Source: Tubulanus polymorphus
Lineage: Eukaryota; Animalia; Nemertea
Reading direction: 5' to 3'
NCBI RefSeq assembly: GCF_964204645.1
Contig: NC_134036.1
Span: 1,178,001-1,242,000, forward strand
DNA: 64,000 bases
Shown here: piece by piece, positions 13,031 through 25,900 of the stretch
Layout: the number at the start of each line of letters is the position of its first letter
Position numbering within the stretch: the first letter of the stretch is position 1
Program-made: the position numbers and the translations under genes
Notes under the pieces: generated by a model
What the model was told of the DNA's origin: nothing
The model's input: the letters and a program-made list of their open reading frames with translations, nothing else
The model's database searches: none

Positions 13031-16000
13031 GGCAGAAATTGATACTCTTAAACTAAAACTCTGAATTATAATTCCTGCAACACAACTACAGAGGCTGCTA
13101 CAAATAACCCCATTGACAATTCTTATGACACTCAGTAAACTTTATGTTAACAGATAAACTGTCCTCTCATAATTGTTTTTGAAACTTAAATGAAATTCTA
13201 CTCACACAAGTCTCTTCTCCATTGTCTAGCAGTAATAAATGTCCACCGGGTTCCACAATTCCACATACAGAGTTCCACACCTACAGGAATCCACCACTGA
13301 CTTCTTTGATCCTTGTTGTTTTCTATCCAGATGCTCGATACCGACAGCAGTTTTACAGTTTTCAGTTGTTCGAACATATATTTTTCCAATCAGCAGCAAC
13401 TGACATAAAGTTCACAATAACTGAAGTCAAGTTCTCCCATTGTGTTCGTTTGTTTATCCTCTCAATGAGTAGATCCAGAGTTCTAACACTTTCCCACATA
13501 TCAAGTTGTCTTATCTAGTTCATCTGATGTAGTCCTAAGCAACAAACACACGTCATTACAATTTTCGTTTCTGATTCCTGAGATTTATCTTGCCGTTCCC
13601 GATATTATCATTGATGATGAGCATCCACTGCTGTTGCTGCGGAAAGTCCTATTCATAGCTGGATTCCACACTTGCAACAATTCCACTCGCATCCAGAAAC
13701 ATTCCACTCTCACAACCTAAGACTAAATCAAATAAAAGTACATTATCATGCAATCCACAAGAATCAATGAATGAAAGACGCTTTGATAGATTGCCGGATG
13801 ATGTAGAGATGGGAGGATGACATGGACGGGTGTTGGAGAATGGGATGAGAAAAGACGCATAGAAGAGATAATGATTTAAATGAATGGCCATTGCAAATAA
13901 GTGAGAGGATTGAGAAGTAAAGGAATTGTGAGAAGGCCTATGAGAGGAGGTCTATTTTGACATCGGTTTTTGCTAGTGTCAAGCACTTTTAGGTTTAATA
14001 CATAACAAATCGTATGATACCGTGTTTATATTGTGCACATATGCCATTGATAGCCACCGTTCTGTGCTAATGCACTTGACCGGTGCGCCATCTATAGAAA
14101 TATACAACTACCGGTCAAGCATTAAATGCTGTTTGGGTTCGAGTCCCATTTTCTCGTCTTTCTGTCCGGTTTTTAGGTGTCAGGAATAAGTAGTGATTTA
14201 ACCGAGGCCAGTTTAATAGGGGAGATACAAGTGCGGGGAGACAGACTAAGGGAAATTGAGACGATTTAAAGAATGGATGAAAAGCAGTGAGATACGAGGG
14301 AGAAGTGAGGGAGGAGAGAGGTAGAAGTAAGAGAGGGAGAGGGGAGTGAGAGGCGAGAGGGAGAAGTGGGGAGAGGGAGAGGGAAGTGAGAGGGAGGAGA
14401 GGTGAGAGGTAGAAGGGAAGTGAGTGGGGTGAGGGAGGAGAGGTGAGAGGAAGAAGTGGGGAGAGGGAGAGGGAAGTGAGAGGTAGAAGTGGGGAGAAGG
14501 AGAGGGAGAAAGGGAGAAGTGAGGAGAGGGAGAGAGAAAGAGGTGAGAAGAGAGAGGGAGAGGATGGCGGTATAATTAATTCATACGTTACCTCTGCTGC
14601 AGCCTCCAACATCTCTTTCTCCTGTTGTTTGTTGTGGTCCAAAACTCAAGCGGTTTCTTCCACTTTGAATGAAATCCATTCTTCTATAGGCTATATTGAA
14701 GTACCTCAGTTCGTCTGGCACTCCTCTAGCACCACCTGGATGGAATAAACAGAACAAATGCAGGATTAATAAAATATGAGACAAATGGCTGAATAATTAT
14801 TGGGTGGGGACCTTGTCGAATCTATCGGTTTACTCATGGACTTCTTTTTAGAATCGATGGTAGAATTCGAAGGCTAAGTGTGGTTACTGAATGTTTTCAA
14901 TTAGGACAATTTTAGTTATTTTAACGAATCCAAGCTCATAATTGTATGAACTGGATCCAGTTACCTCGATATTATTTACCTAGAGAAGCCTGTATGAACT
15001 GCGGGTTATGTGTAGCGCGTGAATAACCCAGAAGAACAGCAGCACCGAGACGAGCACCTTCATTTCCTGGCATTGATAAACACCATTCCAAATTTTCCAA
15101 GTCAATTTCACTTTCCCTATAAATGAAATCATCGATCACAAGAAATTAAACGAGATTTGTCGACAAATCAGTTTTATGCAGGTATATTTATCTAGATATT
15201 TAAATCTTGTCGAAAAACGACCGGAAAATGTTAAACGTGTAATTGCAAAATCGAGTTTTTACCTCATCAAAATATACCTGATTTTTTGGCATTGAAAATT
15301 AACCAAAAGATGAAATACAACCTACGCGGCACGGACAAGTCCGCTAGGCAAGATTCGTCGACAAATCAGCTTTTTCATACCAAAGTAATTATATGCATTA
15401 ATTTTCGGAGGGGCCAGTTGATCAAAAAATGGTTTAAGTTGACCAGTGGATAGTTGACATGGTGAATAATGAAAGTCCTTTGTTTCTATGGTATTCATTC
15501 ATTAGATATCTTTAACCAACGTTTGAACAACTGAAGCCCGTGAATGATGAAACATAAGATATACCTGCAATGTAGCGATAACAGATTTTCAACGTGTAGC
15601 AGGGTCCTTGATATGTATGGCACCGTCAGCTTCAGATCTTAAACGCCTTTCCGAATCTACCGAATTCACATTCCCTGCAAATATAATGATAGAATTTGAA
15701 ATGAAGCAGAATATTGCGATGTTTGATGGAAATATCAAAACGTCGACGCTTGGATTCGTCAAGATGACATTAGTTGATTTTTTCACTCTCCAACCGTTTT
15801 CATGGTACGTTGAGGGAATATAATTTTTTTTCAAATATTTACGAAAGAGAGTAGAAGGCTTTCGAAAGAATAATAAGGATGGGTTTGCAATTCCTGTGAA
15901 AGCAAACGGTCCCTACGCAACGGGAGCTTTTCTAAGGTGAATTGTTTCGGGAGAGTTCTCCACGTGAGTATTTCAGGTAGGGTTGTCGTGGAAAGGGAAG

Positions 16001-16895
16001 GTAAGGAACGAACGGAATGTTTTTCATGGTGTCAAACTGGGGCAGTCCATCAGTTACATTCCTTAGAAACTGGACATAATTCTGATTATACCCTGGTGCT
16101 GGAACTAATTTCCCAACAACAACATTTTGGAAGACGGATATAGTTGAATCAGTTTGGTTTGATCTCGCTCTGATGGTTCTGCCAACTCACAATGAACTCA
16201 CAAATACTGGTACCAGTCAATACCGGTAATCCCTATCACACAACTATACATGCGCAGTCATGTTCAATTCGATATTTCCACTGTATTTATTTCGCAATAT
16301 CTATGTATCAAACATTTCTATATTTTCAGGTTAAAAGTCGATCGTTCAATATTCAATACCTATCGCATGAACTGTATGAGCAGTCATTCATGTTTTATAT
16401 AATCTATTTTTACACTTAAAGATGACAATGAAATGAACAATATTAACGCTGAGTTAACATCAATAAGTGAGGGTGCAGTCACAGAGCTAGCCCACACCGG
16501 CTGTAACAACATTGTACCAAGCCAAGTGGTGACTGTTTTATTCTAAACGTCCACTGTATTTATTTCACAATATCAACAGATATCTATATATGCGATATTT
16601 CTAAATTTTCAGGTTAAAAGTCGATCGTTGAGTTCCTCGGATGTAACTGAAGCTAACCAAAACACACGGGAGAAAACTGTGACCAGCGAAGAGCATAATA
16701 AACCGGTTTCTGAATACATCAGTACTTGGTCCCTAGGTCCGGTTTTATAGACTGATATAACCTTTAACCCGCGGGCTAACTCAATTGAAAATGAATTGAG
16801 TTAGCCCCCAGGTTAAAGGTAATACCGGTTTGTAAAACCAGTTCATATAATATGGATAATGTTTAAGTAACCCACGGTATTAAACCTCTAGATTA

Positions 16896-17038
16896 GGGGC
16901 CAGTTGCACAGTCGTGACTTACGTCCAAAAGTGGTCTTGAATCTTAAGACTGATCTTTAAATTGCTCGATTTTGGCTATAGAACTAGTTGGTCTTTGACT
17001 GGTCTTAAGTCTAGGCCATGACTATGCAAAACCAGCTC
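16896..17038. mobile_element. MITE, family A copy
   Basis: Reverse-oriented match to 4743-4880, starting ggggccagttgcacagtc. Confidence 0.65.
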
Positions 17039-18824
17039 CTGATGTTTAAGCGAATTCCTCATCGTTATGATCAGGGAATGAATAAAGCTCTAAGAACTAT
17101 TTTAATGACTTTAGTCAGTTGATTTACACCGAGGTTGCCCAGGCGGCCAGTCGCCAGTTCACCCGTTATTTCGTCCTATACTGGTTATTCGAGCCGGGTA
17201 CGTGTATTCCCCGTTAGTAAATTTGCTATATAGGAACCCTGCTCGTGGCACAACCTTTAATGATATAATTTGTCCGAGTTGGCACTCACCTGAATATTGT
17301 TCCTTTGGTTCCATTAATATAAAACATAAGTAGTTTTTATTCCTCAAGTTGTTTTTAGTCGATTGTCCTGTTAGAAACATTCCTATACGGCCTCCTTCAA
17401 CGTTTGCCACTCAAGAATCACATCATTACTATGTTTTCCAATACTGTTTTGCATGGAGGAATATGATTTTGATTTGAATATCGGCAGCTCTTCTATCCCG
17501 GTCGACAGCTTATCGTGGAATGACTAGTGCGCGATGCACTGAGCATGCGCGCAAGGCACGAACCACGTAATCAGCGAGCTCAGTGAACTCGAACTTGTCC
17601 AATACATGGGGTGCTTGTGACAATGACCAACTGCCAGTGGCCTCGCTCGGCCTGATTGCTCGCAGGGCCCACAAACAGAAAGCTGATCTTTTGTACCTTT
17701 TTTCTCTATGAAACGAGTTTTAATTTTGTTTGTTGAAACGATTTATGAATTTCATTGTGAGCATGTCGTTTTTCTTTTTGGTTTTGATGAGAGTCAAAAA
17801 AATTCTTGAAAGTCATTAAATGAGATTGGTTTTGAACGAACCCTGTCATCTTATATTTAATATGTCTTCGTCTTGTCTTGTTTTCTAAATGTCTGTATCT
17901 GCATTAATGCTTTCACAGTAGGATAATAACATAAACTTGAACCCATAGAAGGTTACCGTGAAAGACTGGAATCCCAAAATTTAGAGTTTATCAGACCACA
18001 AAGTTTCGGCTGTTTCAAAAACATATCTTTCGTCAAGTTGATTAGATATTTCTAGTCTTCGTTTTGTCTTGTTTTCAAAACATCTGTATCTGCATCGTGC
18101 TTTCACGGTAGAATAATTTATTACTTGTACTTTGAATATGCAAATGAATATTATTACTTTGCAACTTATACAAAGTACCGGAATTCATCCTTTTGTTTAT
18201 TTGGCGCCATTTCTTCAACGTCTATTTCATTCATACGATTCTGACTTTCGTTCCATGTTTTTGAATTTTGAATATAAACACGGATTCTAAAACGTGAGTT
18301 TTCTGTAGACTTCAAACACCAAAGGATGATTAATGTCTTGAGATGTGATGTTCGCCTCGAGGTTCCAGACTGCAGGCCCCAGACTCCAAAGTGCCCTGGG
18401 CTACAGAGCAGAATGTGTCACTGGTAAAAAAATCAGATACCTGTTCATGATAAATAAAGAAAAAAACCAAAGCGATTTTGGAAATATGGAGTTTTTCCTT
18501 TTTATTCATTCTAAATCAGGTTCGATCGACAGAAAATCTAAATAAGGGGACAATCATAACTAAGTTCCGACAGTTGAGTCACGAGTCAGACGTGGAGCAG
18601 TGAAATGAGATTAACAAACCTGCTAACAGTGAGTTGCACAGTCACGTACAGCAGTCCAAAAATCACCTTTCCTCGAGATACGGCCTATAATATATGTATA
18701 ACGTTGTTCGATTGGTTTGCAAAAAAAACTAATGAGCCTATCTTACTTCACAACTGCCACATAAAATTCTCCTGACCGGTAAAACTAGGATTTGAATCCA
18801 GTATAATTTCCTACAACTAAATAT

Positions 18825-18830
18825 TTTATT
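18825..18830 (-). terminator. Polyadenylation signal of the four-knottin gene
   Basis: AATAAA on the minus strand 33 nt after the stop codon. Confidence 0.6.
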
Positions 18831-18863
18831 CGACTACAAAGTTCGAAAATATGATCGACCATC

Positions 18864-19313
18864 TTAAGTAAAATAATTGTCCACACATACGTTGCCAGTC
18901 ACTGATGTTTGGCAATGCCCAGAGCAACAGGGCGCATCGGACCCGCAACTTCTTCCTGTTCGTACACATGTAGGTCTACAAACTCCATCGGGCTCACAGC
19001 GCATGCCCGGACAGCAAGGCCCATTCGAATTACATTGAGCGTCCTTATGCTGACATACGCAAACTTGATCCTTACACCAACCTTTACCCCCACAACACGA
19101 CGAATCATCATGGCACGGCTCTTGCATTTGACATACTGGTTTACATACTAGATTCGAACCACCATCGCCACAGTACATGCCAGGGCAACAAATCTTTTCA
19201 CCTTGTGGGTGACATTCGAGACCACCCGCCAAACAGGTCGGATCCTGTGCCCGACAGATCTGTACCATCGACACGGCGACCAACAAACAAAATGTTACCG
19301 AATAAAACTTCAT
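18864..19313 (-). CDS. Secreted toxin-like protein with four tandem ICK/knottin domains (149 aa)
   Basis: Hydrophobic signal peptide (about 22 aa), then 24 Cys arranged as four C-C-CC-C-C units. Single coding exon. Acceptor tttcag upstream (exon starts 19351), GTAAGT donor at 19505-19500, TATA at 19636-19631 and AATAAA downstream. Confidence 0.9.
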   Translation of the reverse strand: MKFYSVTFCLLVAVSMVQICRAQDPTCLAGGLECHPQGEKICCPGMYCGDGGSNLVCKPVCQMQEPCHDDSSCCGGKGWCKDQVCVCQHKDAQCNSNGPCCPGMRCEPDGVCRPTCVRTGRSCGSDAPCCSGHCQTSVTGNVCVDNYFT

Positions 19314-19630
19314 TTTTTATATATAGAGATAGAACTGTTCTGCGTCACAAACTGAAATGAAGCAAAAGATAAACTCCATCGATATCCCAGAAAATCTGAC
19401 GAGGAATTCATACAAAACACTTTTCTATAAACAAGACAAATATTTAAATGGATTGACTTCCAAATATTTTTCTATATACAAGACAAATATTCCTATGCCA
19501 CTTACCGAAATTCTTGAGCTGGAGAATTGAACCTGTCTCAGTGACTGGATGCTCGGGTAGAGGTTGAATCTGTCTCTGTGACTGGATGCTTCGGTAGATA
19601 CCACACAGAGATCTGTTCGCAGTTTCCGGG

Positions 19631-19636
19631 TTTATA
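19631..19636 (-). promoter_or_regulatory. TATA box of the four-knottin gene
   Basis: TATAAA on the minus strand about 125 nt upstream of the 5'UTR-exon donor (exon ends 19506). A CRE-like TGACGTC lies at 19702-19708. Confidence 0.55.
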
Positions 19637-20979
19637 AAGAGTTTGGAGATCACTAAGCAGCTGTTTTTTATTTGATTGTCTCAGCGGTTGGTGCACTGTG
19701 GGACGTCACTTAAATATTGTCTATTTTCCGTTTTTCAATATCGAGTAATTAGTTATTAATTGATTGATTGATTGATATATCACCACCTATAGTTCAACTT
19801 ATATCTCAACGCTCCTTGGAAGGAGCGGGAGAGAGGGAGGAGGGAGGAAGGGGGAAAAGATGAGCGGCCTACCTGTAGAAGTGATGGTTATGGGAGGATG
19901 GGCGTTCTAGGAAGAGCAGGGACATGGAGGAGCAAGGGAGGAGAAAGGGAAAGTGGGAGGGGAGAGGGAAGGAGGGAGAGCGAGAGGAGGGAGAAAGAGA
20001 GCGGGAGAGAGGGAGGAGGGAAGAATGGAGAGGGAGGAGGGAGGAAGGGGGAGAAGATGGGCGGCCGACCTGTAGAAATGATTGTTATGGGAGTTCTAGG
20101 AAGAGCAGAGACATGGAGAGGTAGAGAGGAGAAAGGGAATTAAGAGGGAGGGGAGAGGGAGGAGAGGGAAGGAGGGAGAGCGAGAGGGAGGGTAGGGAGG
20201 GAGAGGCTATAATTCTCATCCGACCAACCACAACATCTGGTCCATCTAATATTGTACAGCAGTCTGTTAATCGAACGGGTGCAAACAGTTTTCGATTTGA
20301 TTCATGCATGGATAAAAGATTTCTTCTTCTCCTCACAAGTTTCTTGTTCGGCGATTAGAATAGATAAATTGCGAATAACAAAAAAAAACACAGGACGTAT
20401 ATATTTCTCACATCTTCTTTATCAATAAACGCAGTAGGATCAATGCTATAGTCGATTTTAATAAGTCTCCACTCCGAGTAATAAAGTAAGCCCATTATCA
20501 CCAAAACAACCTACATTATATTATCGCAAGGTGCTGATTATTGATATCTTGGATACATTCAATCCTTCATATTAAGTTTTTCATAGATCACTTCCAGGAC
20601 TTGAAAGCCGGTGTAATTGCATTCTATTTCAAAATCTTGAGGTTTTCGGTCCTTCCTCGTGGCTTCGATCCCAGGTTTCGAATAGTTTTCATAGTAAACC
20701 CTGTTCCAAATTGCGAGTTGAGATCGGCCTCTGACTGGACTGTGTATAGAAGAAATTATGAACAAACATTTTTAAATCAGACAATATTTATTTCATCATA
20801 TACAATTCAAACACAAGATTTAGTTCAGGTAGATTTTCTTATTACAATCTCTATTGTTCTATCGAGTCATAGGGTCAGTAGACAGTATTATTATTTAGTT
20901 CTGTAAAAAGGGAAACAGTAACGTGTGTATTTTAGTGTGACTCAGTCATTCATACTTCGTCTACTTAATGACGGAACTG

Positions 20980-21822
20980 GAATACGAATACGAATACGAA
21001 TATTTATTACACTCCAACCATTTCCATGGTATATGGAGGAAAAGAAACAGTATCTACAATTATTTACAAAAACAGTAGATAAAAGCACTTTGAAACATAA
21101 CAAACGTTATATACAACATACTATTTACACACACTACCGGAGGGATCTATATACATCCAGACCTAATTTGATAAATTTAGCAAGTTTAAAAGTTGGATTT
21201 TTTAAAACATCAAGATTCCGAAAGGTATTTGAATTTAGGTAGCTTTCACGGAATACGGTAAGTAATTTACAGTCAAAAATGAAATGTAGTTCGTCGCCTA
21301 AAACGTTACAGGTGGGGCATAATCTATCGGTTCTCGGTAGATGGAGATTTGACAATTTATTTACAGGTAGGAGATAAGACCCAATCCTGAACTGGAATAA
21401 ACTGGTCACTAAGTCGTCATCAAGCCGATTTATATAGTTTTCAAATTTGATATCCTTCTTATATTGTCTAAAATTAATGTATAATGAGTTATTATTTAGC
21501 CTAAATTCTGTCTCTTGCACATGCTGATCACGGAGTATACGGTGTAATTGTTTTGGAGAAGTCCTAGAGTTTACCATAGATTGTTGTGTCCATATATACG
21601 AAAGGCCACAGTCATCAAAAGTCTTCTTAATAAATAACAGCCAGGGGCTCTTAAACCTATCATTCAGATATAAATTATAAGATATCTTATAGAGAATTGA
21701 ACTAAGTTTACTTTGTTTGCACTCTATCGTTTTGACCCAAAAATTAATCATTCTACGCTTTACGCTTATATACATAGGATAACGTCCTAACTCCGCTAAT
21801 ACTTGAAGGTTATGGGAATATT
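20980..21822 (-). mobile_element. 5'-truncated non-LTR retrotransposon (C-terminal ORF2 fragment with CCHC motif)
   Basis: ORF 21134-21868 contains ELGRYP...FW...FRIGS..LPV...RLCPTC...DELHFIFDC, then a 3'UTR with AATAAA and a (TATTCG)n tail at 20980-21003. A related 3' end lies at about 15780-15850. Confidence 0.85.
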
Positions 21823-21829
21823 TGACGGA

Positions 21830-22262
21830 CGTCCGCCGAACAGCGCCATCTACGACGTTAATCCTCACTTGCCAGAGGGTGAATAAACACGAATTTCATT
21901 GAATTTATTCACGGAGCGAGCGCCATCTTGCCCAAAAATCCGCGGCGAATTACACCGAAAACTGCCGATAAAACTCGTCGAAATTCAGCCGATCGCGGGC
22001 GTTTTAGGACCCGATCTGACATATAAAACGAAAAAGACGATTACAGCTTTGACTTGGATGTAAGATATCGAGGATCGGTGCGAACTGAAGCCAGAAATCT
22101 GCAGGTAAATGACGGCGATGTCGACCACTTAACGGTCGGAGCTTTTCGATCGGCCAGCTTCCGAAGAATTTATCTGATTGTATATCGGGTTTCATTGTTA
22201 CGAATTTTCGGATCGACAGTTTTTTTCGATGGTCTTACGCAGATATTTATGTTTCTTGCAAG
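21830..22262 (+). promoter_or_regulatory. CpG-rich promoter / 5'UTR exon region of the ZAD zinc-finger gene
   Basis: CpG-dense, YY1-like gccatct motifs, candidate donors CAG|GTAAAT (22105) and AAG|GTAATC (22262). Acceptor ttttgcag at about 22786. Confidence 0.5.
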
Positions 22263-22951
22263 GTAATCTCAAAACTGACCGATTTAGATGTTGATGTAGT
22301 TGAAATTTCCGGGATTTTGAGAGCTTTTAGGGTTTTTGTTCCTGGGATAGTGGATGGAGATATCGGTAGTGCGGGCGTTTAACGGCATTTGGCAAATTGA
22401 TTGCTGGAATAAATAATGGGGGAATAACTAACGTTTAAATCAGGCTTGGTGAGAAAAATTATTCTATAGTAGATTTGATTCCAATTTATGCTTTTTGTCC
22501 CTTTGTGTGGTGGTGGTGCCAATTTTGCAACTGGGAACTGCTGCTTCCACCAATTGTCAATCGTGAGATTCAGAGAGAATTGAGATTTTTGCAATGAAAT
22601 TGAATTTAATCATCGAAAATGATAGTTTGGTAATTGATCGAAAAGAAATTGTTCATAAACGATTAAGAAATTATGCAGAAATTGTCTGATTAAGTGAATA
22701 AAAATTGTTTGAAAAAATTCAGAAACATTTCCATGAATTTAATAATTTAAGGAATCGTAATCAATTTTCGATTGTTAATTTTGCAGGATTCCGACGGATG
22801 AAATGATCGCTTGAATTCGATAATCTCCACGGTGATGAGCATTGTTGCAACGATCGCAACGATGAATTGACAAACTGAAATTCCGCTTTTCGCGCGAAAA
22901 AAGCCCCGATATTTTCTAAAATCTGAGAAATCTTTAAATATCGTCGTAAAA

Positions 22952-25900
22952 ATGAAACGAACTCGATCGACGTTTACGATCCCGCGAACTCGTTCGTTGC
23001 CGTCGACGCCCATTAAACAATCGCCGGCTCGCGCGACGACCGCGTCGCTAGGTAACGCCGGCGATTGTTGCGTATTTTGCGATTCGGACGTGATGGCGAT
23101 GAATAATTATCGCGAGTTGGATCCGAATGGAGTGGACGCGGAGGTGTTCGAGTTTCTCGCGATCGCGCCGTCCTCCTATTGGCCGAATAAAGCGTGTCTG
23201 TTGTGTCTGAATCGGATACAACGTATGTACGACGCCAAGCGACGCATTACGAAAAACTTCAAAAAGAGGGCGCTGCTGTACGACGATTTGAATCCGGTCG
23301 TCATGCTCGAACCGATCGATCCGCAGACGGTGGCGCCGCCATCGCGACAGAAATCGATTATCACCGACGGTGACGATCGCGATCGCCAAAAGATGGCGCT
23401 GAACGACGGGAAATGCGACGAAAACGCCGACAAAAATACCGTTAGAAAATTGAATTTCGAATCTGCCTCCGATCGGAAGCAGAAAATATCGGATTCGATT
23501 AACGGACTCGTTTCCGGCGTTGATCTCACACTAAAACACGTATTCGACACGGATATGAATCCGATCGTGCGTTTGATTCCGTTGGAGAATACCGATTCAT
23601 TTCGGGCTCGTCACCACGGCAACGTGGTGATTCCGCCTCTCGATTCCTCGATGAATCCGATCGTACGATTAGTACCGCTAGAACAATCGGCTAAACGCGT
23701 CGCCATGGCGATTAAAGACGTTTTACCGATTGTTGCTCGATCAGCGGTGAAGATGGAGATTCCGGAGCAACAGCAGCAGCAGTCGGAGAGCGAGATGCAT
23801 CGTCAAGACAACGGTCAGTTTGTATCTATTGGTGTACAAACTGACGGGCCAATCAAAATTGAAAATAAGACACCAGAAAAACAGGTCAAGGTCAGTCAAC
23901 AGTCAGTTCTTTTGTTGGAGTTTTACTCTCAGGTCGAACCAACCTGGTCCACACTCGCCTGCACTGGTCCGCACCGGGCAGAATTCACCAAAAAATCTAA
24001 CATCCATGTTGCATTAAGTGGTCTTGCCCTTAAGCCCAGGGGCTGCAGTTGCTGAAAAAATTGGGTAATCAACGTTGAGCAACTTCTGACCCCTGGTGGA
24101 CCGAAATTTAAGTGGTGCCCTTTTCAAAATGGTACAGCATGAACTGTTTCTGACTTGGCCCAGAATTGATTTGTCTTAAAATCTAGCTAAAGAGCCCGTT
24201 CTCGGTCCTAAGACTACTCTCCTAAAACTTTATTTAACCTAACTCGGTCCCAGACTCGGCTTGTGTTTGCTGCATGTTTCATGTTCGTTTTCCAGGAACG
24301 ACTACCGGAACCACCAATAGATGTCGCCACAAACACCGAGCAATTATGTCTGGATATACCGATTAGTTCGCAGTTCAAACTACCGCAGATAGATGGCAGC
24401 ACTAGCGATGATGGCGTCTTGTTCGACGTTCGTCATACGATCGTCAGTCAGGAATTCGAAGATGACCAACAGGTGGCGCTGGACGATGACGACTACGAAT
24501 CCTGCGCTTTGTTGCAAGCTACCGAGGACGAGGTATTAGATCGTCTCGGCGATCGTGAATTGACGACCGATTTGGATGTGTTTCACGAGTACGTCGATAA
24601 CGACGCCGTGTTAGCCGTTAGAGCGTTGTTGAGTAACAGTCGAGCGGTTACCTACGGCGACGGTGTAGCGGACGGGATACAGGACGTGAAACCAGCTCTG
24701 TTTTACTCATCGGAAACAGCCGGAAAAGGTAAACAGTTCAGTATTCATAACTTCCTGGATTCAGTTCCACAGTTCTGAGTTAAGATTTGACCCTGAGTTA
24801 ACTCATCGAAAATGAACTAACTTTAACTAATTAGTTCAAGTTGTATAACCACTGACCAGACAGAGAGAGCCAAATGGCGTGTTCGACTAGCAGTAAGCAC
24901 GCTGGTCTTGAGTGTACGAGACCAAGGGCCCAGTTCCACAGTTCTGAGTTAAGATTTGACTTTGAGTTAACTCATTGAAAATGAACTAACTTTAAACTCA
25001 GAGTTATTACTCTAACTCACAACTGTGGAACTGGGTCCAGTGTTCTTCATAACAGGTTAACCCTTAATTTTACATTCACCCCTCTGAAAATCAGCCACCC
25101 CTTATTATAGAATAAGAAAAGGTAAACAGTTCAGTCATTAGTTCCAATTGTTAATGTTCCCAGGATTATTTTGTTCGACACATTTTGATATTAAAGCATC
25201 GACCTTCAGAAAGCAGTTTTCAGATTTTTCGACCAAAGGGCCCGACTTACGGAATATTTACGGATATTTACGGAAATTGTCCTTGGTGACAACCACTACA
25301 GTAACCTTGGGTAACCATAGTAATAACTGACAAATTTCAAATTGTAGCCGGAGTTTTTATTTCGCCCTCTTTATTTTCAGGTTCGTTCATAAAACACGAA
25401 CTCGACGCGAATTCTGATGATTCAGAACAACAACAACAACTCTACTTCTGCGATACGTGCGATAAAACCTTCGCCAATAGGTGGCGCTGCGTCGAACACA
25501 TGGGGGTTCATTATCGTAATATCGCTCGTCGTGGTAGCGCCACCTACAGGTCGTCGTCGAAACTGTATAAATGTCACATGTGCGATAAGTCGTTTCAGTA
25601 TCGGACGTGGCTCGCGCGTCACGTGCGGCGCCACCTACGCAACGAGCCGTACGCGTGCTCGGTTTGTCTCGCTCGGTTCGAACACGAGGATTACCTCGAC
25701 GCTCATCGCTGTCGCCCGGTCGCCGAGAAACGAGTCATAGCCGCCGCGGCAACAATGGCCGAATGCGCGCTTAGCGACGGCGGCGTAGTCGGCGACGACG
25801 TACTCGCGGTCGCCGTTGGCGTTTGGTGTAATTATTGCGGGAAACATTTTGTGACTCGCGACGAATTGAAACGTCACGCGACCGAGTTTCATCCCGACGA

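Noticed and set aside
14115-14748. Pro/Leu/Ser-rich and Arg/Glu/Gly-rich ORFs (also 11610-11917 and 19898-20336)
   Set aside because: Translations of GA-rich low-complexity tracts.
20541-20765. Minus-strand QFGTGFTMK motif reminiscent of ABCA transporters
   Set aside because: Very short match, frame interrupted by stops, no other supporting exons.
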